Shown here: in pieces, positions 51,101 through 63,100 of the stretch
Layout: the number at the start of each line of letters is the position of its first letter
Position numbering within the stretch: the first letter of the stretch is position 1
Assembly (NCBI GenBank): GCA_964016885.1
Contig: OZ024742.1
Coordinates: forward strand, 166,532,001-166,596,000
DNA: 64,000 nucleotides
Direction of reading: 5' to 3'
Source of the DNA: Eledone cirrhosa
Taxonomy: Eukaryota
Notes under the pieces: model-generated
What the model was told of the DNA's origin: nothing
Seen by the model: only the letters and a program-made list of their open reading frames with translations
Database searches by the model: none
Made by a program: the position numbers and the translations under genes

Positions 51101-54100
51101 TGTAAAAAAAAATCAGGGGGAGATAATTTGTAAAAAAAAATCAGGGGGAGATAATTTGTAAAAAAAATTAAGGGGAGATAATTTGTAAAAAAAAATCAAG
51201 GGGAGATAATTTCCAGCCGTCCAAGGAGAGGTAATTTCTAGACGTCCAAGGGGAGATAATTTCCAGCCGTCCAAGGGGAGATAATTTCCAGCCGTCCAAG
51301 GGTAGATAATATCCAGCCGTCCAAGGAGACATATTTTCCAGCTTTCCAAGGAGAGGTAATTTCTAGCCGTCCAAGGGGAGATAAATTCCAGCCTCCAAGG
51401 GGAGATAATTTCCAGCCAGCCAAGAGGAGATAATTTGTAAAAAAAATCAGGGGGAGATAATTTGTAAAAAAAATCAGGGGGAGATAATTTGTAAAAAAAA
51501 TCAGGGGGAGATAATTTCCAGCCGTCCAAGGGGAGATAATTTTCAGCCGTCCAAGGGGAGATAATTTCCCGCCAGCCAAGGGAAGATAATATTTAAAAAA
51601 TGAGGCGGAGATAATTTGTAAAAAAAATCAGGGGGAGATAATTTGTAAAAAAATCAGGGGGAGATAATTTGTAAAAAAAAAATCAGGGGGAGATAATTTG
51701 TAAAAAAAATCAGGGGGAGATAATTTGTAAAAAAAAATCAGGGGTAGATAATTTGTAAAAAAAAATCAGGGGGAGATAATTTGTAAAAAAAATCAGGGGG
51801 AGATAATTTATAAAAAAAATCAAGGGGAGATAATTTCCAGCCGTCCAAGGGAAGATAATTTCAAGCCCTCCAAGGGGCTATAATTTCCAGTGTCCAAGGG
51901 GAGATAATTTCCAGCCAGCGAAGGGGAGATAATTTTTTTTTAAAAATCAGGGGGAGATTTGTAAAAAAAATCAGGGGGAGATAATTTGTAAAAAAAATCA
52001 AAGGGAGATAATTTCCAGCCGTCCAAAGAGATAATTTCTAGCCGTCCAAGGGGAGATAATTTCGAGCCAAGGGGAGATAATTTCCAGCCGTCCAAGGGGA
52101 GATAATTTTTTAAAAAATCAGGTGGAGATAATTTGTAAAAAAAATCAGGGGGAGATAATTTGTAAAAACAAAATCAAGGGCAGATAATTTCCAGCTGTCC
52201 AAGGGGAGATAATTTCCAGCCGTGCAAGGGGAGATAATTTCCAGCCGTCCAAGGGGAGATAATTTCCATCCTTCCAAGGGGAGATAATTTCCAGCCGTCC
52301 AAGGGGAGATAATTTCCCGCCAGCCAAGGGAAGATAATTTTTTAAAAAATCAGGCGGAGATTGTAAAAAAAATCAGGGGGAGATAATTTGTAAAAAAATC
52401 AGGGGGAGATAATTTGTAAAAAAATCAAGGGGAGATAATTTCCAGCTGTCCAAGGGGAGGTAATATCTAGCCGTCCAAGGGGAGATAATTTCCAGCCGTC
52501 CAAGGGGAGATAATTTCCAGCCGTCCAAGGGTAGATAATATCCAGCCGTCCAAGGAGACATATTTTCCAGCCGTCCAAGGAGAGGTAATTTCTAGCCGTC
52601 CAAGTGGAGATAAATTCCAGCCTCCAAGGGGAGATAATTTCCAGCCAGCCAAGGGGAGATAATTTGTAAAAAAATCAGGGGGAGATAATTTGTAAAAAAA
52701 ATCAGGGGGAGATAATTTGTAAAAAAAAATCAGGGGGAGATAATTTGTAAAAAAAATCAGGGGGAGATAATTTGTAAAAAAAATCAAGGGGAGATAATTT
52801 CCAGCCGTCCAAGGGGAGATAATTTTCAGCCGTCCAAGGGGAGATAATTTCCCGCCAGCCAAGGGAAGATAATATTTAAAAAATGAGGCGGAGATAATTT
52901 GTAAAAAAAAATCAGGGGTAGATAATTTGTAAAAAAAATCAGGGGGAGATAATTTGTAAAAAAAATCACGGGGAGATAATTTCCAGCCGTCCAAGGAGAG
53001 ATAATTTTTAAAAAAAATCAGGCGGAGATAATTTGTAAAAAAAAAATCAGGGGGAGATAATTTGTAAAAAAAAATCAGGGGGAGATAATTTGTAAAAAAA
53101 ATCAAGGGGAGATAATTTCCAGCCGTCCAAGGGGAGATAATTTTCAGCCGTCCAAGGGGAGATAATTTCCAGCCGTCCAAGGGGAGATAATTTTAAAAAA
53201 AAATCAGGGGGAGATAATTTGTAAAAAAAAAATCAGGGGGAGATAATTTGTAAAAAAAAATCAGGGGGAGATAATTTGTAAAAAAAATCAAGGGGAGATA
53301 ATTTGCAACCGTCAAAGGGGACATAATTTTCAGTCGTCCAAGGAGAGGTAATTTCTAGCCGTACAAGGGGAGATAATTTCCAGCCCTCCAAGGGGAGATA
53401 ATTTCCAGCCGTCCAAGGGGAAATAATTTTTTTTTAAAAATCAGGCGGAGATAATTTGTAAAAAAAAAATCAGGGGGAGATAATTTGTAAAAAAAAATCA
53501 GGGGGAGATAATTTGTAAAAAAAAATCAGGGGGAGATAATTTGTAAAAAAAATCAAGGGGAGATAATTTCCAGCCGTCCAAGGGAAGATAATTTCCAGCC
53601 CTCCAAGGGGCTATAATTTCCAGCGTCCAAGGGGAGATAATTTCCAGCCAGCGAAGGGGAGATAATTGTTTTAAAAAAATCATTGGGAGATTTGTAAAAA
53701 AAATCAGGGGGAGATAATTAATAAAAAAAATCAAGGGGAGATAATTTCCAGCCGTCCAAGGGGAGGTAATATCTAGCCGTCCAAGGGGAGATAATTTCCA
53801 GCCGTCCAAGGGGAGATAATTTCCAGCCGTCCAAGGGTAGATAATATCCAGCCGTCCAAGGAGACATATTTTCCAGCCGTCCAAGGAGAGGTAATTTCTA
53901 GCCGTCCAAGGGGAGATAAATTCCAGCCTCCAAGGGGAGATAATTTCCAGCCAGCCAAGGGGAGATAATTTGTAAAAAAAATCAGGGGTAGATAATTTGT
54001 AAAAAAAAATCAGGGGGAGATAATTTGTAAAAAAAAATCAGGGGGAGATAATTTGTAAAAAAAAATCAAGGGGAGATAATTTCCAGCCGTCCAAGGAGAG

Positions 54101-57100
54101 ATAATTTTAAAAAAAAATCAGGCGGAGATAATTTGTAAAAAAAAATCAGGGGGAGATAATTTGTAAAAAAAAATCAGGGGGAGATAATTTGTAAAAAAAA
54201 TCAAGGGGAGATAATTTCCAGCCGTCCAAGGGGAGATAATTTCCAGCCGTCCAAGGGGAGATAATTTTTTTAAAAAAATCAGGCGGAGATAATTTGTAAA
54301 AAAAATCAGGGGGAGATAATTTGTAAAAAAAAATCAGGGGGAGATAATTTGTAAAAAAAAATCAGGGGGAGATAATTTCCAGCCGTCCAAGGTAAGATAA
54401 TTTCCAGCCCTCCAAGGGGCTATAATTTCCAGCCGTCCAAGGGTAGATAATATCCAGCCGTCCAAGTAGACATATTTTCCAGCCGTCCAAGGAGAGGTAA
54501 TTTCTAGCCGTCCAAGGGGAGATAAATTCCAGCCTCCAAGGGGAGATAATTTCCAGCCAGCCAAGGGGAGATAATTTGTAAAAAAATCAGGTGGAGATAA
54601 TTTGTAAAAAAAATCAGGGGGAGATAATTTGTAAAAAAAAATCAGGGGGAGATAATTTGTAAAAAAAAATCAGGGGGAGATAATTTGTAAAAAAAAATCA
54701 GGGGGAGATAATTTGTAAAAAAATTCAAGGGGAGATAATTTCCAGCCGTCCAAGGGGAGATAATTTCCAGCCGTCCAAGGGGAGATAATTTCCATCCTTC
54801 CAAGGGGAGATAATTTCCAGCCGTCCAAGGGGAGATAATTTTCAGCCGTCCAAGGGGAGATAATTTCCCGCCAGCCAAGGGAAGATAATATTTTAAAAAA
54901 TCAGGCGGAGATAATTTGTAAAAAAAAAATCAGGGGGAGATAATTTGTAAAAAAAATCAGGGGGAGATAATTTGTAAAAAAAAATCAGGGGTAGATAATT
55001 TGTAAAAAAAAATCAGGGGGAGATAATTTGTAAAAAAAAATCAGGGGGAGATAATTTGTAAAAAAAATAAGGGGGAGATAATTTGTAAAAAAAAATCAGG
55101 GGGAGATAATTTCCGGCCGTCCAAGGGGAGATAATTTTCAGCCGTCCAAGGGGAGATAATTTCCCGCCAGCCAAGGGAAGATAATATTTAAAAAAATCAG
55201 GCGGAGATAATTTGTAAAAAAAATCAGGGGGAGATAATTTGTAAAAAAATCAGGGGGAGATAATTTGTAAAAAAAATCAAGGGGAGATAATTTCCAGCCG
55301 TCCAAGGGGAGGTAATATCTAGCCGTCCAAGGGGAGATAATTTCCAGCCGTCCAAGAGGAGATAATTTCCAGCCGTCCAAGGGTAGATAATATCCAGCCG
55401 TCCAAGGAGACATATTTTCCAGCCGTCCAAGGAGAGGTAATTTCTAGCCGTCCAAGGGGAGATAAATTCCAGCCTCCAAGGGGAGATAATTTCCAGCCAG
55501 CCAAGGGGAGATAATTTGTAAAAAAAATCAGGGGGAGATAATTTGTAAAAAAAATCAGGGGGAGATAATTTGTAAAAAAATCAGGGGGAGATAATTTGTA
55601 AAAAAAAAATCAGGGGGAGATAATTTGTAAAAAAAATCAGGGGGAGATGATTTGTAAAAAAAAATCAGGGGTAGATAATTTGTAAAAAAAAATCAGGGGG
55701 AGATAATTTGTAAAAAAAAATCAGGGGGAGATAATTTGTAAAAAAAATCAAGGGGAGATAATTTCCAGCCGTCGAAGGGAAGATAATTTCCAGCCCTCCA
55801 AGGGGCTATAATTTCCAGCGTCCAAGGGGAGATAATTTCCAGCCGTCCAAGGGGAGATAATTTCCAGCCGTCCAAGGGTAGATAATATCCAGCCGTCCAA
55901 GTAGACATTTTCCAGCCGTCCAAGGAGAGGTAATTTCTAGCCGTCCAAGGGGAGATAAATTCCAGCCTCCAAGGGGAGATAATTTCCAGCCAGCCAAGGG
56001 GAGATAATTTGTAAAAAAATCAGGGGGAGATAATTTGTAAAAAAAATCAGGGGGAGATAATTTGTAAAAAAAAATCAGGGGGAGATAATTTGTAAAAAAA
56101 ATCAGGGGGAGATAATTTGTAAAAAAAATCAGGGGGAGATAATTTGTAAAAAAAATCAAGGGGAGATAATTTCCAGCCGTCCAAGGGGAGATAATTTTCA
56201 GCCGTCCAAGGGGAGATAATTTCCAGCCGTCCAAGGGGAGATAATTTCCATCCTTCCAAGGGGAGATAATTTCCAGCCGTCCAAGGGGAGATAATTTTCA
56301 GCCGTCCAAGGGGAGATAATTTCCCGCCAGCCAAGGGAAGATAATATTTTAAAAAATCAGGCGGAGATAATTTGTAAAAAAAATCAGGGGGAGATAATTT
56401 GTAAAAAAATCAGGGGGAGATAATTTGTAAAAAAAAAATCAGGGGGAGATAATTTGTAAAAAAAATCAGGGGGAGATAATTTGTAAAAAAAAATCAGGGG
56501 TAGATAATTTGTAAAAAAAAATCAGGGGGAGATAATTTGTAAAAAAAAAATCAGGGGGAGATAATTTGTAAAAAAAATCAAGGGGAGATAATTTCCAGCC
56601 GTCCAAGGAGAGATAATTTTAAAAAAAAATCAGGCGGAGATAATTTGTAAAAAAAAATCAAGGGGAGATAATTTGTAAAAAAAAATCAAGGGGAGATAAT
56701 TTGTAAAAAAAATCAAGGGGAGATAATTTCCAGCCGTCCAAGGGAAGATAATTTCCAGCACTCCAAGGGGCTATAATTTCCAGTGTCCAAGGGGAGATAA
56801 TTTCCAGCCAGAGAAGGGGAGATAATTTTTTTAAAAAAATCAGGGGGAGATATGTAAAAAAAATCAGAGGGAGATAATTTCTAAAAAAAATCAAAGGGAG
56901 ATAATTTCCAGCCGTCCAAAGAGAGATAATTTCTAGCCGTCCAAGGGGAGATAATTTCCAGCCAAGGGGAGATAATTTCCAGCCGTCCAAGGGGAGATAA
57001 TTATTTAAAAAATCAGGTGGAGATAATTTGTAAAAAAAATCAGGGGGAGATAATTTGTAAAAACAAAATCAAGGGCAGATAATTTCCAGCTGTCCAAGGG

Positions 57101-60100
57101 GAGATAATTTCCAGCCGTGCAAGGGGAGATAATTTCCAGCCGTCCAAGGGGAGATAATTTCCATCCTTCCAAGGGGAGATAATGTCCAGCCGTCCAAGGG
57201 GAGATAATTTCCCGCCAGCCAAGGGAAGATAATTTTTAAAAAAATCAGGCGGAGATTGTAAAAAAAATCAGGGGGAGATAATTTGTAAAAAAAAAATCAG
57301 GGGGAGATAATTTGTAAAAAAAATCAGGGGTAGATAATTTGTAAAAAAAAATCAGGGGGAGATAATTTGTAAAAAAAAATCAGGGGGAGATAATTTCTAA
57401 AAAAATCAAGGGGAGATAATATGCAGCCGTCCAAGGGGAGATAATTTTCAGCCGTCCAAGGAGAGGTAATTTTTGCCGTCCAAGGGGAGATAATTTCCAG
57501 CCGTCCAAGGGGAGATAATTTCCAGCCGTCCAGGGGGAGATAGTTTTTTTAAAAAAATCAGGCGGAGATAATTTGTAAAAAAAAAATCAGGGGGAGATAA
57601 TTTGTAAAAAAAAATCAGGGGGAGATAATTTGTAAAAAAAAATCAGGGGGAGATAATTTGTAAAAAAAATCAGGGGGAGATAATTAGTAAAAAAAATCAA
57701 GGGGAGATAATTTCCAGCCGTCCAAGGGGAGGTAATATCTAGCCGTCCAAGGGGAGATAATTTCCAGCCGTCCAAGGGGAGATAATTTCCAGCCGTCCAA
57801 GGGTAGATAATATCCAGCCGTCCAAGTAGACATATTTTCCAGCCGTCCAAGGAGAGGTAATTTCTAGCCGTCCAAGGGGAGATAAATTCCAGCCTCCAAG
57901 GGGAGATAATTTCCAGCCAGCCAAGGGGAGATAATTTGTAAAAAAATCAGGGGGAGATAATTTGTAAAAAAAATCAGGGGGAGATAATTTATAAAAAAAA
58001 ATCAGGGGGAGATAATTTGTAAAAAAAAATCAGGGGGAGATAATTTGTAAAAAAAATCAGGGGGAGATAATTTGTAAAAAAAAATCAGGGGGAGATAATT
58101 TGTAAAAAAAAATCAGGGGGAGATAATTTGTAAAAAAAAATCAGGGGGAGATAATTTGTAAAAAAAATCAAGGTGAGATAATTTCCAGCCGTCCAAGGGG
58201 AGATAATTTCCAGCCGTCCAAGGGGAGGTAATATCTAGCCGTCCAAGGGGAGATAATTTCCAGCCGTCCAAGAGGAGATAATTTCCAGCCGTCCAAGGGT
58301 AGATAATGTCCAGCCGTCCAAGGAGACATATTTTCCAGCCGTCCAAGGAGAGGTAATTTCTAGCCGTCCAAGGGGAGATAAATTCCAGCCTCCAAGGGGA
58401 GATAATTTGTAAAAAAAATCAGGGGGAGATAATTTGTAAAAAAAATCAGGGGGAGATAATTTGTAAAAAAAAATCAGGGGGAGATAATTTGTAAAAAAAA
58501 TCAGGGGGAGATAATTTGTAAAAACAAATCAAGGGGAGATAATTTCCAGCCGTCCAAGGGGAGATAATTTTCAGCCGCCCAAGGGGAGATAATTTCCCGC
58601 CAGCCAAGGGAAGATAATATTTAAAAAATCAGGCGGAGATAATTTGTAAAAAAAATCAGGGGGAGATAATTTGTAAAAAAAAAATCAGGGGGAGATAATT
58701 TGTAAAAAAAATCAGGGGGAGATGATTTGTAAAAAAAATCAGGGGTAGATAATTTGTAAAAAAAAATCAGGGGGAGATAATTTGTAAAAAAAAATCAGGG
58801 GGAGATAATTTGTAAAAAAAATCAAGAGGAGATAATTTCCAGCCGTCGAAGGGAAGATAGTTTCCAGCCCTCCAAGGGGCTATAATTTCCAGCGTCCAAG
58901 GGGAGATAATTTCCAGCCAGCGAAGGGGAGATAATTTTTTTTTAAAAATCATTGGGAGATTTGTAAAAAAAATCAGGGGGAGATAATTGGTAAAAAAAAT
59001 CAAGGGGAGATAATTTCCAGCCGTCCAAGGGGAGATAATTTCCAGCCGTCCAAGGGTAGATAATATCCAGCCGTCCAAGTAGACATTTTCCAGCCGTCCA
59101 AGGAGAGGTAATTTCTAGCCGTCCAAGGGGAGATAAATTCCAGCCTCCAAGGGGAGATAATTTCCAGCCAGCCAAGGGGAGATAATTTGTAAAAAAATCA
59201 GGGGGAGATAATTTGTAAAAAAAATCAGGGGGAGATAATTTGTAAAAAAAAATCAGGGGGAGATAATTTGTAAAAAAAAATCAGGGGGAGATAATTTGTA
59301 AAAAAAAATCGGGGAGATAATTTGTAAAAAAAATCAAGGGGAGATAATTTCCAGCCGTCCAAGGGGAGATAATTTTCAGCCGTCCAAGGGGAGATAATTT
59401 CCAGCCGTCCAAGGGGAGATAATTTCCATCCTTCCAAGGGGAGATAATTTGTAAAAAAAAATCAGGGGGAGATAATTTGTAAAAAAAATCAAGGGGAGAT
59501 AATTTCCAGCCGTCCAAGGGGAGATAATTTTCAGCCGTCCAAGGGGAGATAATTTCCCGCCAGCCAAGGGAAGATAATATTTAAAAAAATCAGGCGGAGA
59601 TAATTTTTAAAAAAAATCAGGGGGAGATAATTTGTAAAAAAATCAGGGGGAGATAATTTGTAAAAAAAAAATCAGGGGGAGATAATTTGTAAAAAAAATC
59701 AGGGGGAGATAATTTGTAAAAAAAAATCAGGGGTAGATAATTTGTAAAAAAAAATCAGGGGGAGATAATTTGTAAAAAAAATCAAGGGGAGATAATTTCC
59801 AGCCGTCCAAGGGGAGATAATTTTCAGCCGTCCAAGGGGAGATAATTTCCAGCCGTCCAAGGAGAGATAATTTTAAAAAAAAATCAGGCGGAGATAATTT
59901 GTAAAAAAAAATCAAGGGGAGATAATTTGTAAAAAAAAATCAGGGGGAGATAATTTGTAAAAAAAATCAAGGGGAGATAATTTCCAGCCGTCCAAGGGAA
60001 GATAATTTCCAGCACTCCAAGGGGCTATAATTTCCAGTGTCCAAGGGCAGATAATTTCCAGCCAGCGAAGGGGAGATAATTTTTTTAAAAAAATCAGGGG

Positions 60101-63100
60101 GAGATATGTAAAAAAAATCAGAGGGAGATAATTTCTAAAAAAAATCAAGTGGAGATAATTTCCAGCCGTCCAAAGAGAGATAATTTCTAGCCGTCCAAGG
60201 GGAGATAATTTCCAGCCAAGGGGAGATAATATCCAGCCGTCCAAGGGGAGATAATTTTTTAAAAAATCAGGTGGAGATAATTTGTAAAAAAAAATCAGGG
60301 GGAGATAATTTGTAAAAAAAATCAAGGGGAGATAATTTCCAGCCGTCCAAGGGGAGATAATTTTCAGCCGTCCAAGGGGAGATAATTTCCCGCCAGCCAA
60401 GGGAAGATAATATTTAAAAAAATCAGGCGGAGATAATTTGTAAAAAAAATCAGGGGGAGATAATTTGTAAAAAAATCAGGGGGAGATAATTTGTAAAAAA
60501 AAAATCAGGGGGAGATAATTTGTAAAAAAAATCAGGGGGAGATAATTTGTAAAAAAAAATCAGGGGTAGATAATTTGTAAAAAAAAATCAGGGGGAGATA
60601 ATTTGTAAAAAAAAATCAGGGGGAGATAATTTGTAAAAAAAATCAAGGGGAGATAATTTCCAGCCGTCCAAGGAGAGATAATTTTAAAAAAAAATCAGGC
60701 GGAGATAATTTGTAAAAAAAAATCAAGGGGAGATAATTTGTAAAAAAAAATCAGGGGGAGATAATTTGTAAAAAAAATCAAGGGGAGATAATTTCCAGCC
60801 GTCCAAGGGAAGATAATTTCCAGCACTCCAAGGGGCTATAATTTCCAGTGTCCAAGGGGAGATAATTTCCAGCCAGCGAAGGGGAGATAATTTTTTTAAA
60901 AAAATCAGGGGGAGATATGTAAAAAAAATCAGAGGGAGATAATTTCTAAAAAAAATCAAAGGGAGATAATTTCCAGCCGTCCAAAGAGAGATAATTTCTA
61001 GCCGTCCAAGGGGAGATAATTTCCAGCCAAGGGGAGATAATATCCAGCCGTCCAAGGGGAGATAATTTTTTAAAAAATCAGGTGGAGATAATTTGTAAAA
61101 AAAATCAGGGGGAGATAATTTGTAAAAACAAAATCAAGGGCAGATAATTTCCAGCTGTCCAAGGGGAGATAATTTCCAGCCGTGCAAGGGGAGATAATTT
61201 CCAGCCGTCCAAGGGGAGATAATTTCCATCCTTCCAAGGGGAGATAATCTCCAGCCGTCCAAGGGGAGATAATTTCCCGCCAGCCAAGGGAAGATAATTT
61301 TTAAAAAAATCAGGCGGAGATTGTAAAAAAAATCAGGGGGAGATAATTTGTTAAAAAAAAATCAGGGGAGATAATTTGTAAAAAAAAATCAGGGGGAGAT
61401 AATTTGTAAAAAAAAATCAGGGGGAGATAATTTGTAAAAAAAATCAGGGGTAGATAATTTGTAAAAAAAAATCAGGGGGAGATAATTTGTAAAAAAAAAT
61501 CAGGGGGAGATAATTTGTAAAAAAATCAAGGGGAGATAATATGCAGCCGTCCAAGGGGAGATAATTTTCAGCCGTCCAAGGAGAGGTAATTTCTAGCCGT
61601 CCAAGGGGAGATAATTTCCAGCCGTCCAAGGGGAGATAATTTCCAGCCGTCCAAGGGGAGATAGTTTTTTTCAAAAAATCAGGCGGAGATAATTTGTAAA
61701 AAAAAAATCAGGGGGAGATAATTTGTAAAAAAAAATCAGGGGGAGATAATTTGTAAAAAAAATCAGGGGGAGATAATTTGTAAAAAAAATCAAGGGGAGA
61801 TAATTTCCAGCCGTCCAAGGGAAGATAATTTCAAGCCCTCCAAGGGGCTATAATTTCCAGTGTCCAAGGGGAGATAATTTCCAGCCAGCGAAGGGGAGAT
61901 CATTTTTTTTTAAAAATCAGGGGGAGATTTGTAAAAAAAATCAGGGGGAGATAATTTGTAAAAAAAATCAAAGGGAGATAATTTCCAGCCGTCCAAAGAG
62001 AGATAATTTCTAGCCGTCCAAGGGGAGATAATTTCGAGCCAAGGGGAGATAATTTCCAGCCGTCCAAGGGGAGATAATTTTTTAAAAAATTAGGTGGAGA
62101 TAATTTGTAAAAAAAATCAGGGGGAGATAATTTGTAAAAACAAAATCAAGGGCAGATAATTTCCAGCTGTCCAAGGGGAGATAATTTCCAGCCGTGCAAG
62201 GGGAGATAATTTCCAGCCGTCCAAGGGGAGATAATTTCCCGCCAGCCAAGAGAAGATAATTTTTTAAAAAATCAGGCGGAGATTGTAAAAAAAATCAGGG
62301 GGAGATAATTTGTAAAAAAATCAGGGGGAGATAATTTGTAAAAAAATCAAGGGGAGATAATTTCCAGCTGTCCAAGGGGAGGTAATATCTAGCCGTCCAA
62401 GGGGAGATAATTTCCAGCCGTCCAAGGGGAGATAATTTCCAGCCGTCCAAGGGTAGATAATATCCAGCCGTCCAAGGAGACATATTTTCCAGCCGTCCAA
62501 GGAGAGGTAATTTCTAGCCGTCCAAGTGGAGATAAATTCCAGCCTCCAAGGGGAGATAATTTCCAGCCAGCCAAGGGGAGATAATTTGTAAAAAAATCAG
62601 GGGGAGATAATTTGTAAAAAAAATCAGGGGTAGATAATTTGTAAAAAAAAATCAGGGGGAGATAATTTGTAAAAAGAATCAAGGGGAGATAATTTGCAGC
62701 CGTCCAAGGGGAGATAATTTTTAGCCGTCCAAGGAGAGGTAATTTCTAGCCGTCCAAGGTGAGATAATATCCAGCCGTCCAAGGGGAGATAATTTCCAGC
62801 CGTCCAAGAGGAGATAATTTTTAAAAAAAAACAGGCGGAGATAATTTGTAAAAAAAAAATCAGGGTGAGATAATTTGTAAAAAAAAATCAGGGGGAGATA
62901 ATTTGTAAAAAAAAATCAGGGGGAGGTAATTTATAAAAAAAATCAAGGGGAGATAATTTCCAGCCGTCCAAGGGAAGATAATTTCCAGCCCTCCAAGGGG
63001 CTATAATTTCCAGCGTCCAAGGGGAGATAATTTCCAGCCAGCGAAGGGGAGATAATTTTTTTTTTTTTTAATCAGGGGGACATAATTTGTAAAAAAAATA